A DNA stretch of 64,000 nt from Candidatus Micrarchaeia archaeon. GTDB lineage: Archaea > Micrarchaeota > Micrarchaeia > Burarchaeales > JACRGF01. Below, in pieces: positions 51,023 through 59,413 of this stretch. Within the stretch, counting starts at the first letter, position 1; the number at the start of each line of letters is the position of its first letter. The translations under genes and the position numbers were made by a program. Where the stretch lies: assembly GCA_038890815.1 (NCBI GenBank), contig JAWAFC010000007.1, positions 8,370 through 72,369 on the forward strand. Reading direction: 5' to 3'. Under the pieces are notes generated by a model, which worked only from the letters and a program-made list of their open reading frames with translations, was not told the DNA's origin and made no database searches.

Positions 51023-51159
51023 CGCCGGGGAGGAGATTCGAACTCCTAACCCCACGAGGGGACCAGATTCGGAACCGCAGGAGAGCCGAGTCCCCTTCAG
51101 TTTATCCCGATTAGTTTTCGACTCGAGTCTGGCGCGATACCAGGTTCCGCCACCCCGGC
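51023..51159 (-). tRNA. tRNA-Ser(CGA) with 53 nt of intron sequence in the anticodon loop
   Basis: GCCGGGG/CCCCGGC acceptor stem, G discriminator, CCAGA-CT-CGA-G..A-TCTGG, long variable arm, AGGAG-TTCGAAT-CTCCT T-arm. Confidence 0.93.
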
Positions 51160-51202
51160 AGAGATATTCTGCAAAAACAAGCTATTAAATGTGGCCCTGG
51201 AG

Positions 51203-51694
51203 CTATGCGGGCACCTTTTCTGCCCCGCGCTTTTCCTCTCCTTTTCGGATTTCTGGTCCCTTGGGCGGCTCTTTCTCCCTCTTTCTTTCCCCTCTCCCCT
51301 TTTTCAGGCTTGGAAACATTTTGAGTATGGAGTCCTCGCTCCTCCCTTTCTCCCTGGCTAGCTCTGCGTATCGTTGAATCATCTGCTCGGCAATACCGCC
51401 CGGATATGCGGCCGCCACATTCTCCAGATGTTTCCTCTCTTCTTCCCCGAGTCGCTCAACCATTTCGAAGAACACATTGTTCGCTGTCCTGAAGTTCCTC
51501 CGTATGATGAAATCAAGCCCGCTCCATTTCATGAAACGCTCGAACCATCCTTTGGGATTATCAAGCCTGTCAAACGCTTCCTGCGGTATAAACACCTTCA
51601 ACAGCTCAGCAAGTGAGCTGTAAATCGAAATGAGCTGCTTCTCCTCTTTTTCCCTAAGCTCACGCTCATATTTTTTCCATTCTTCTCCATCCAT
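51203..51694 (-). CDS. Hypothetical protein between two tRNA genes
   Basis: 163-aa charged helical ORF with TTTAAA upstream. Confidence 0.7.
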   Translation of the reverse strand: MDGEEWKKYERELREKEEKQLISIYSSLAELLKVFIPQEAFDRLDNPKGWFERFMKWSGLDFIIRRNFRTANNVFFEMVERLGEEERKHLENVAAAYPGGIAEQMIQRYAELAREKGRSEDSILKMFPSLKKGRGERKREKEPPKGPEIRKGEEKRGAEKVPA

Positions 51695-51743
51695 GTGGGC
51701 TTTTTGCAAACCGAATTTAAAAGCTTTGGTGCAAAAATATACA

Positions 51744-51869
51744 GCCTCCGTAGCTCAGCGGTCAACCTTTTTCCCTCACCCGCTCCAAAAGCGTTGGCGG
51801 AAAAGTGGTTAGCTAGAGAGCGACCGCCTCGTAAGCGGTAGGTCGAGGGTTCAAATCCCTCCGGGGGCT
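51744..51869 (+). tRNA. tRNA-Thr(CGT) with 54-nt D-loop intron (51763-51816)
   Basis: GCCTCCG/CGGGGGC acceptor stem, ACCGC-CT-CGT-AA-GCGGT, GAGGG-TTCAAAT-CCCTC. Intron removal gives the D-arm GCTC-AGCGGTA-GAGC. Confidence 0.95.
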
Positions 51870-51920
51870 CTTGCAAGCAGCGACCTAATTTATTATAATC
51901 TTTAGCCGAGAAACTTCCCC

Positions 51921-52238
51921 ATGGAAAAACGCGTTTATGAGTGTCCGGCTGCAGATTTCGGCAGGCTCAAGGCACTGCTCGGAAAAGACCCTTATGCGCC
52001 AGTAAGTTTTGCTCGCCAAGGCTACATTCTCAAGGAGGGCAAGGCAGTGGGCGGCGAGGCCGACAAGTGCTATGTGCAGCTGAAGGGGGAGAGCGATTTT
52101 TTCAAGTGGGCTGAGGATAGGTTCCGCGAACTGCCGAGCGTGAAGCGCGCGCCAAAGGAGATGGAGGAAAAAATCAACAAAGCGATTGAGGAGGAGGAGA
52201 GCGCAGCTGAAAGCGGGTTCGGCTCGCTGTTCGGTTAA
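51921..52238 (+). CDS. Hypothetical protein
   Basis: 105-aa ORF with typical codon usage, ends ESGFGSLFG. Confidence 0.8.
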   Translation: MEKRVYECPAADFGRLKALLGKDPYAPVSFARQGYILKEGKAVGGEADKCYVQLKGESDFFKWAEDRFRELPSVKRAPKEMEEKINKAIEEEESAAESGFGSLFG

Positions 52239-53821
52239 CTCGGTCCTGCCCTTTTCTCCGCGAGCCTCCTCTTGTAATTCACGGCATCGTTGATGGCGCG
52301 GATGAGGGCCAGCACGCTGGCCATGACGATGTCCCCGCTCACAGCGTTCGCCGCAAACACATTGCCCTTTTCATCCACCACTTTTATGGTCACGTCAGCC
52401 AGCGCGTCAGTTCCGCCCGTAATCGCCCTCAGGTTGTACTCGGTGAGCTTGATTTTGGCCTCCGGCCCCAGCACGCTCTGGATGGCATTGCTGGCTGCAT
52501 CCACAGGGCCCACGCCCTGACTTGCGCCCTTGAGAAGCTCGTCGCCGTATTTGACCACGATGCTCGCGGTCGGAGTGATCTTGTTCCCGGTGACCACGGT
52601 CACCTCCTCGAGCGTGACGACGGGCTTTCTGGCGACCGCATGCCCTATTACATCTTCAGCTATCGCGATGATGTCCTCGTTGTAAATCCTTTTCTTGGCT
52701 TCGGCCAGCTCTTTTATCCTGTTCGTGATGTCAACGATGAGTTCCTTCGCCACATTTTTGTACCCGAGCTCGGCCAGCGCGGCCTCTATCGCGGCTTTCC
52801 CGGTATCCTTACCTATGACTATGCGCCTTTTCTGCCCCACGAGCTCGGGCGGGAATGGCTCGAAGGTCATTGCCTGCTTGAGCACGGCATGCGTATGTAT
52901 GCCGCTCTCGTGCGCGAAGGCCGTGGAGCCGACGATCGGGTAGTTGGGCATGAGATATACCTCGCTGTATTTCTCCACGAGCCGTGACACCTCGGTCAAT
53001 TTTTCTGTCTTAATACCGGTCTTCACTCCATACAGCGCGTGCAGGGACATCACGACCTGCTCAAGGCTCGCATTGCCCGCGCGCTCTCCGAGCTGGTTTA
53101 TTGTGACATGCACCTCATCTGCGCCTGCCTCGCACGCGGCCAGCGTGTTGGCCACCGCCAGGCCGAAGTCGTTGTGGCAGTGCACTTGGATGTCGCAGCG
53201 CAGCTTTGGCCTCAGCCGCGCGATGAGCTCTCTCATCGCGCTCGGGTGCATCACCCCCACCGTATCGGGGATGTTTATGGCATCGGCCTTCGCCTTTTCA
53301 ACGGCCTTGCAAACTTTCAGAAGGTAGGGAAATGGCGTTCTTGTGGCATCCATGGGCGAGAAAATGCAGGGCAGGCCGTGAGCCTTGACCAGCTCAACGG
53401 CCTCGACCGCCATCTGCAGCACTTCCTCCTGCGTCTTGCCCATCTGCCACTTCAGGTGGATGGGCGAGGTGGAGATGAAAGTATGCACGATGTCGACATC
53501 GGCCGCGATGCACGCTTCGAGATCGGGCTTGAGCACGCGCGCCAGCCCGCACACGCGGCTGCTCAGGCCGAGCCCGGCTATTTTCTTTACAGTCTCAAAT
53601 TCCGGTTTTGAGTTGATGGGGAAGCCGGCCTCAATGGTGTCGACGCCGAGCTCGTCCAGCGCCTTTGCTATCGCGACTTTTTCCTCGCTTTTGAATGTGA
53701 CGCCGGGCAGCTGCTCGCCGTCCCTCAGCGTGGTGTCAAATATTTTTATCCTCTTGCGCATGTTGCGGAAACGCCTGTTGACTTCCTTGTTGTACTCGCT
53801 GACATAGAACTTGGCCCGCAT
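52235..53821 (-). CDS. leuA: 2-isopropylmalate/citramalate synthase family (DRE-TIM + regulatory domain)
   Basis: DTTLRDGEQ, HCHNDFGLA, GERAGN, AFAHESGIH, G.GPVDA. Exact specificity not determinable. Confidence 0.88.
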   Translation of the reverse strand: MRAKFYVSEYNKEVNRRFRNMRKRIKIFDTTLRDGEQLPGVTFKSEEKVAIAKALDELGVDTIEAGFPINSKPEFETVKKIAGLGLSSRVCGLARVLKPDLEACIAADVDIVHTFISTSPIHLKWQMGKTQEEVLQMAVEAVELVKAHGLPCIFSPMDATRTPFPYLLKVCKAVEKAKADAINIPDTVGVMHPSAMRELIARLRPKLRCDIQVHCHNDFGLAVANTLAACEAGADEVHVTINQLGERAGNASLEQVVMSLHALYGVKTGIKTEKLTEVSRLVEKYSEVYLMPNYPIVGSTAFAHESGIHTHAVLKQAMTFEPFPPELVGQKRRIVIGKDTGKAAIEAALAELGYKNVAKELIVDITNRIKELAEAKKRIYNEDIIAIAEDVIGHAVARKPVVTLEEVTVVTGNKITPTASIVVKYGDELLKGASQGVGPVDAASNAIQSVLGPEAKIKLTEYNLRAITGGTDALADVTIKVVDEKGNVFAANAVSGDIVMASVLALIRAINDAVNYKRRLAEKRAGPS

Positions 53822-53872
53822 GTGTACACATTGCCATCTCATATTTATAAACTTCCCGCGCGAAGCATCTCC

Positions 53873-55069
53873 ATGCCCTACTGGCTCGAGTGCATTGCCT
53901 GCCGCAGGAGATATGAGGCGGGCGACATCGTGTATGCCTGCACCGAATGCGGCGACCTGCTGGACATTCGCTACGAGCACAAGAGGCCACCGCGCATCCG
54001 TGAGAGAATACCGGGCGTGTGGCGGTATGGCGATTTCCTCCCGTTCGATGACCCGAAGCACATAATTTCGCTCGGCGAAGGCGACACGGGCTTGTACGCC
54101 TGCCCGAGCCTTTCCAGCGAGCTGGGCCTTTCCCGGCCCCTCTATGTTAAGAACGAGGGCGAGAACCCCACCGGCTCTTTCAAGGATAGGGGCATGACTG
54201 TCGGCATAACAAAGGCGCGCGCGCTCGGCGCCAAATGCGTCGGGTGTGCCAGCACAGGCAACACGAGCGCCTCGCTCGCAGCCTATGCCGCACGCGGCGG
54301 CTTGCGCTGCATCGTATTCGTGCCAGCGGGCAAAATAGCAATGGGCAAGCTGGCCCAAGCCCTTGTCTACGGCGCAGAAGTCTTCGCGCTCGAGGGGAAT
54401 TTCGACGATGCCATGCGCGCCGTGCTCGAGCTCAGCGCGCAGGGCAAGATCTACCTTCTCAACTCCATCAACCCCTACAGGGGCGAGGGTCAGAAGACTA
54501 TTGCTTTTGAGATCGCAGAGCAGCTCGACTTTAACTTGCCGGAATACATTTTCGTTCCGGTCGGCAATGCCGCCAACATCAGCGCAATCTGGAAGGGCTT
54601 CAAGGAATTCCGCGAGGCGGGCCTCATCGAGGCCCTCCCGAAAATGGTCGGCGTGCAGGCAGAGGGTGCGGCTCCGCTTGCCCGCCTCTTCGCCAGCGGT
54701 TCGGATGACTTCAGGCCGGAACCAAATCCGAGGACTGTGGCGAGCGCTATCCAGATAGGCAATCCGGTTTCGTGGAAAAAAGCGATCCGCGCGGCCAGGG
54801 AAAGCAGAGGCAGAATCATCGCAGTGAGCGATGAGGAAATCCTCCGCGCGCAGTCCCTGCTCGCCTCTCGGGAGGGCATTTTCGTTGAGCCTGCCAGCGC
54901 AGCGAGCATCGCGGGGGTAAAGAAACTGCGGGAAAAGGGCGAGCTTTCAGAAGACGCCTCTGTCGCGTGCGTCTGCACGGGCAATGGCCTCAAAGACCCC
55001 GATGCGGTTATCGGCCGCTACCAAGGCGCGATAAAGAGGATAAAGAACCTGAAGGAGGCGAGGCTTTAG
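53873..55069 (+). CDS. thrC: Threonine synthase
   Basis: SLGEGDT, NPTGSFKDRG, ASTGNTSAS, PVGNAAN, TGNGLKD. Confidence 0.97.
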   Translation: MPYWLECIACRRRYEAGDIVYACTECGDLLDIRYEHKRPPRIRERIPGVWRYGDFLPFDDPKHIISLGEGDTGLYACPSLSSELGLSRPLYVKNEGENPTGSFKDRGMTVGITKARALGAKCVGCASTGNTSASLAAYAARGGLRCIVFVPAGKIAMGKLAQALVYGAEVFALEGNFDDAMRAVLELSAQGKIYLLNSINPYRGEGQKTIAFEIAEQLDFNLPEYIFVPVGNAANISAIWKGFKEFREAGLIEALPKMVGVQAEGAAPLARLFASGSDDFRPEPNPRTVASAIQIGNPVSWKKAIRAARESRGRIIAVSDEEILRAQSLLASREGIFVEPASAASIAGVKKLREKGELSEDASVACVCTGNGLKDPDAVIGRYQGAIKRIKNLKEARL

Positions 55070-55070
55070 C

Positions 55071-57941
55071 CTACAGCGCCCTGTCTTTCGTGTAGTACCA
55101 CTGCACTTGTCCTTTCGCAGCCTCTTCATCGATATTCTCTTCTTCGATTATTGAGCGCGTGCGCGCTGGCGGGACAACCTCAACCAACATCCACTCCCCG
55201 TTTTGTTTCCTGAAACTCCAGTATTCCTCCCAGGGGGTGACGTACTCGTCTTTCCTCGTAATTTTTTCCCCTTTGTACTCTATTCTCTGCGCATGCGCGC
55301 TTATGCGCGCGGTGAACTCATCCCTATTCTTGTCGTTGTAGTTCTTGACGAGGACGATGTCGACTTTCCTCACGCACATATTCCTGTACTCCACCTTTCT
55401 GTTCTCCTTCTTCATTGCATCAATCTGGCTACGGAAATGCGAAGCGGCTTCGGGCAGTAGGAAAGGCTCGACGGCAGTCAGGTCCCTTTTTTCGAATGCT
55501 GTGAGCACGCGCACGAAAATTTCTCTCGCGCGCATTTTCATGAAATCCTCGTCCCAGCTCTTGTCCGTAGAGGAAAGAAAGTTCAGCATGCGGTGAACCC
55601 TGTCCGCCTTTTTTCTGAGCGCCTCATCGAGCCAAGGCGCTTTTTCAATGGGGGGTGCCGCGAGCGCACCGTAAATGTTTTTCAGCTGCCAGGGCGTCAG
55701 CTCCTCCACAAAATTTTCTTCAGCGAGCGCATCCGACTCGCGCGTCTGATTTATTTCCCGCAAAAGCCAGTTGTTTCCCTGCCTCTGGAATACCCAGAAT
55801 TCTTGGAAAACCGCTGGCTCGGAGTCGCCCCTCAAGAACCTTCCATCCCTGTCATCCACGTAGTAATCCCTCGCGCTCGCTTCCACAAGGACGGTGAACT
55901 CTTGCTGGTCTTTCTTTGCATAGTGCCTGAGGTGCACGATTTCCAGCTTCCTCAACTGGAGGTCATCCAGCTTGTTTATCTCGTGGTTCCTCTTAAGCGA
56001 TTCAAGCTGGCTGACGTGCTGCGCATAGAGGTTAGGCATGAGCAACGGCTGCATGGGGGCGTACTCGCGCGATTGCCAGCACTCTTGAAGTTTGAAAAAA
56101 GTAGTTCTCGCGATCCTCTTCAGCTCATCGGGATCCCACCGCGGGTCTATGCTTTTGAGGTAAGCCAAGAGCTTTGCGGTTTTGGCTGCCTTTGCATCCA
56201 CTTGTGAAGAGGGATAACAATAATCGAGGTCTGCGCTTAGGCGGCTTTTCCGGCGTATTATCCAGAAAAGGCCACACGTCACTACTCCGAACATCAGCAG
56301 CGAAATGGCCATCCCACAAAGTTGCTCCTCCAGCGAAGGGGGCACGACGATTTTCACCATTCCGATTCCGGATACATTCATCTCGCTGTAGCCCAGGCAC
56401 TCCTCGCGCGTCGCGCATTCGAACCGAAGCTCCCTCGATATTGCAAAATTGGTTAGGTTTGCACAGCGCCATGCCTCCTGTGTTGCCTTCACGCAGTTTT
56501 CAAGCGTGCGCGCGCTGTTTATGTTGGTTTTCAGGAAATACACATAGATGCACTGGGTTCCGTTCGCGTAAGAGCCGTTGGCCAACCTCAGGCGCGTGGG
56601 CAGGCCGCACATCGTCGCATGCGTGTAAGGCGTGCTTCCGCTGCCTCCTCCGCCTCCCTTGTTGTGCACAACAAAACCGTTTGCAATAAACGTGAACGGC
56701 TCCCCAATCTCCAAATTATACACACGCTCCTCCCCAAGATAGGTTGCGGAAACTATCCTCTCCTCCCGCAATTCTCCGTTCTCGCCAATCACCATCACCA
56801 CATCGCCGGCAGAAAGCTCAGACGCCTCCTTAAAACTCCCGCCCGGAGTGAGGAAAGGATGCTCGGCTGTCGTGTTTACCGCTCTTCTCTCCGTGCGGAG
56901 CTGGAGCACGCGCGTTCTGGTCGTGAACACGCCGCGCACAACCGCCTTTTTCACAGAGCCGTCAGGCGCCACCGCGGTCACCATGTTCCCCGCCTTTACC
57001 GCCTCAATGTGCCGCTCGCCCTCAGGCGTAGCTATCCGTGTCCCTGCTGCAAAACACCCGCCGCCCTTGTTGTGCACCGCGATGAAGTTTGCGAAATACG
57101 TGTTCGGCCATTCCGTCCTCGGGTTGTACGTTGTTACGTTCGCAAGCACCGTCTCCTTTGAAACAACCCTCTCCGGAGAGAGGCCGCTTCCATTGAAAAC
57201 GAATATTCTGTCGCCGGGCTCCAGCCGCTCGGCAGTCACGAACACGCCGTCGCCCAAGTAAAACGGGTGCTCTGCAGTGACGTTCACCTCATAACTCTCC
57301 GTCCTGATTACGTAATACTCACGCGCGCTCGCCGTATACACTTCGATCACGCTCGCGTTGATCACCTCGCCCTCGTAAGTGAAAGCCTTCAGCACGTCAC
57401 CCGGCTTCACCTCGCTTATCCTCTTCCACGAGCCGTCAGCTGTCAGCACGAGCGTGTCCGGCAGGAAAGAGCCCTTGTTGTGTGCGATGATGGAATTCGC
57501 GAGGAAAATGCCCCTGCTGTCCACAAGCAGGTTGTACGCTTCAGTCTCCTTTTTGTGTGGAACAATGGAAACAACGCGGTCAAGCTTGGCAGTGTTGTTG
57601 GAATAGACCACCACTGTGTCGCCTGCCGCGAGCTTTGCCGCCTCCTTAAACCTGCCATCCCCTATGTACAAGAGGTGCTCTCCGGTCACATTCACCGATG
57701 TGGTCGCAGTGGTTATCTCGTAGTATTTTGATGCGTTAGTGGCATACAGCACAACGACGCGCGCGATCCCATCCGGCGTGACAACCTCTTCTCCAGCAGA
57801 AACCGATTTGATGGGCTTTTCCCCGCTTGTTGTCAGCACGAGCGTGTCCGGCAGGAAGCACCCGCCGCCTCCTCTTGCCGCCGCCAGGGACGAGAGTGCG
57901 AGGATGAGAAAAAGGCGTTGCAAAACGCCGGGCCGGAGCAT
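55071..57941 (-). CDS. Secreted/membrane protein: signal peptide + 3 tandem Hint domains + TM + 2 Tim44-like domains
   Basis: Hint domains at aa 28-155, 158-291 and 296-427: C/S-F..(D/G)T starts, TxEH block B, YN block F, HN ends. TM GMAISLLMFGVVTCGLFWII. Two D..WD...E(F/Y)W.F.(R/K)....W.L domains. Confidence 0.9.
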   Translation of the reverse strand: MLRPGVLQRLFLILALSSLAAARGGGGCFLPDTLVLTTSGEKPIKSVSAGEEVVTPDGIARVVVLYATNASKYYEITTATTSVNVTGEHLLYIGDGRFKEAAKLAAGDTVVVYSNNTAKLDRVVSIVPHKKETEAYNLLVDSRGIFLANSIIAHNKGSFLPDTLVLTADGSWKRISEVKPGDVLKAFTYEGEVINASVIEVYTASAREYYVIRTESYEVNVTAEHPFYLGDGVFVTAERLEPGDRIFVFNGSGLSPERVVSKETVLANVTTYNPRTEWPNTYFANFIAVHNKGGGCFAAGTRIATPEGERHIEAVKAGNMVTAVAPDGSVKKAVVRGVFTTRTRVLQLRTERRAVNTTAEHPFLTPGGSFKEASELSAGDVVMVIGENGELREERIVSATYLGEERVYNLEIGEPFTFIANGFVVHNKGGGGGSGSTPYTHATMCGLPTRLRLANGSYANGTQCIYVYFLKTNINSARTLENCVKATQEAWRCANLTNFAISRELRFECATREECLGYSEMNVSGIGMVKIVVPPSLEEQLCGMAISLLMFGVVTCGLFWIIRRKSRLSADLDYCYPSSQVDAKAAKTAKLLAYLKSIDPRWDPDELKRIARTTFFKLQECWQSREYAPMQPLLMPNLYAQHVSQLESLKRNHEINKLDDLQLRKLEIVHLRHYAKKDQQEFTVLVEASARDYYVDDRDGRFLRGDSEPAVFQEFWVFQRQGNNWLLREINQTRESDALAEENFVEELTPWQLKNIYGALAAPPIEKAPWLDEALRKKADRVHRMLNFLSSTDKSWDEDFMKMRAREIFVRVLTAFEKRDLTAVEPFLLPEAASHFRSQIDAMKKENRKVEYRNMCVRKVDIVLVKNYNDKNRDEFTARISAHAQRIEYKGEKITRKDEYVTPWEEYWSFRKQNGEWMLVEVVPPARTRSIIEEENIDEEAAKGQVQWYYTKDRAL

Positions 57942-57953
57942 TCGTCTGCCCCT

Positions 57954-58220
57954 TCAGAATATTCCGGATATTATCGCAGCTGCGATGATTATGCTTATCC
58001 CCAATATGACTGCCTGCGTTATCTGCCCCACATAACTTGCCACTGCAAGGTTTCCCCGCGCGAGCTCTCTCTCGTCGTTTATTCTCGGGGTGAGCCTGTC
58101 CACTATCTTCGGCACGATGAAGGTCGCAATGCCTATCAAAAAGATTCCCAGAATTCCTCCCAGCAGTGTGTACAGCACTGCAAGGGTCATGTTTTCGGTC
58201 ACTGTAGCGCTCAACACCAT
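57954..58220 (-). CDS. DUF350-like small membrane protein
   Basis: Two TM helices with DRLTP.I...EL..GNLAVA...GISIIIAAAI. Confidence 0.85.
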   Translation of the reverse strand: MVLSATVTENMTLAVLYTLLGGILGIFLIGIATFIVPKIVDRLTPRINDERELARGNLAVASYVGQITQAVILGISIIIAAAIISGIF

Positions 58221-58261
58221 CAGACCACCTTAAATTGCGCTTTGTGTCGCGCTTTAAATAT

Positions 58262-59248
58262 TTACTCCTCGGCCTCCGGCTTGAGGCTCTGCCACCAACG
58301 CAGCATCCATATTGCGGGAATCACCGTGGTGAGGAATATCACCAGCACGATGATGTGCCATGAGAAAACAGAAAAGCCTGCGAGCGTCGCGAGCGCCTTG
58401 TCGCTTTGGATTGGGAAGTACGGGATGCCGAAAATGGTGGCCACAGTATTCGGCACCACGCTGGCGGTCGCGAGTATGGTGAGCAGGATGGTTATGGCGG
58501 TCAGTTTTTTTATCTTCTCGTTTATCCTGTTGCTTATCGCTGTGTGGTACACGCTGAGGCTGTCCGTCAGCACATCCCGGTAGGTCGCGTTCAAGTCGAT
58601 GAGGTAAATCAACGCATGATTGATATCATCAAGCGCATGTCCGAGCATTTCATCCACCTTCAGGAACTTCACCCTGTGCACCTTCAGATCGAAAGCGAAT
58701 TCCCTTGTGTGCCAGAAGACCTTGTTCGCGAGAAGGAGGGCGCGCTTCAGGTCGAGCAGTGTCACGATCGCGTCGCTGCCCACCTCCTTGATCACTCTCT
58801 CCTCGATGACCTCTACCTCATCCTCCAGCCTGTCCACAAGGTACTCGAATTTCTTTGTGAGCTCCTGAAGGATGTAGACGATGATAATCTCTTTTTTCAC
58901 AGCCCGCATGCGCTTTTCCATGGCAGTCTTTATGAAAGAGGCGAGGATCTCGTCTGCGCCAACTGTTACGAGCATGCGTTCGTTGAAGAAAGCGTACATG
59001 CGCCGCTTCTTTATTCCCTCTTTGTAATCGAGCCCGATGAAGACCACGCCCGTCCAATCCTCAAGCTCCTCATATGAAGGGTATTCGGCCTCCTCAAGCC
59101 TCTCGAAGGCATCGAGCGGGATGCCGAAAGAAGCCAATCCCTCCCGCGCCTCTTCCTCTGAAAAATCGGCCCAAACCGCCCTGCCCTTACATTCTTTTGC
59201 GCTCGGCTGGGGGACTTCGGCGCATTTCCCCAAGTCAAGCACGCGCAT
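58262..59248 (-). CDS. corA: CorA/ZntB-family divalent cation transporter
   Basis: Helical stalk, SNRINEKIKKLT, two C-terminal TMs; GIP in place of GMN. Confidence 0.85.
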   Translation of the reverse strand: MRVLDLGKCAEVPQPSAKECKGRAVWADFSEEEAREGLASFGIPLDAFERLEEAEYPSYEELEDWTGVVFIGLDYKEGIKKRRMYAFFNERMLVTVGADEILASFIKTAMEKRMRAVKKEIIIVYILQELTKKFEYLVDRLEDEVEVIEERVIKEVGSDAIVTLLDLKRALLLANKVFWHTREFAFDLKVHRVKFLKVDEMLGHALDDINHALIYLIDLNATYRDVLTDSLSVYHTAISNRINEKIKKLTAITILLTILATASVVPNTVATIFGIPYFPIQSDKALATLAGFSVFSWHIIVLVIFLTTVIPAIWMLRWWQSLKPEAEE

Positions 59249-59305
59249 GTCTGCCCATCCGATTCCCCATTTAAAAACTTGACCCGTGGCCGCATCCGCC
59301 CTTGT

Positions 59306-59318
59306 TGAACATTGTTCA
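59306..59318. promoter_or_regulatory. Palindrome TGAACA-T-TGTTCA in the divergent corA/glnA intergenic region
   Basis: Perfect 6-bp inverted repeat; function inferred only. Confidence 0.4.
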
Positions 59319-59413
59319 TTTTTTTAGCAGATTTTACTTTATTCATCGAACATTTGCACGCTTGGGATAAACTATATTAATATGTTTTCCAGAAATAGAA
59401 AACGGGTGGTCTA

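Noticed and set aside
51069-51121. Single canonical 53-nt intron, or an Arg(CCG) anticodon from the 3' TTCCGAA
   Set aside because: A single intron gives no BHB central helix; the long variable arm and G discriminator indicate Ser.
51160-51743. Integrated mobile element between the two tRNAs
   Set aside because: No integrase and no duplicated tRNA end (att site) seen; only one orphan ORF.
53822-54358. N-terminal extension of the 707-aa LeuA ORF (similar extensions on ndk, ahcY, ogt, brix)
   Set aside because: Artefact of longest-ORF calling; it overlaps the divergent thrC, and a downstream ATG gives the normal length.
56661-57860. Hint domains as classical mobile inteins or a polymorphic-toxin pretoxin Hint
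   Set aside because: No homing endonuclease, +1 residue is Lys, the host is an exported protein, and no toxin domain or immunity gene follows.
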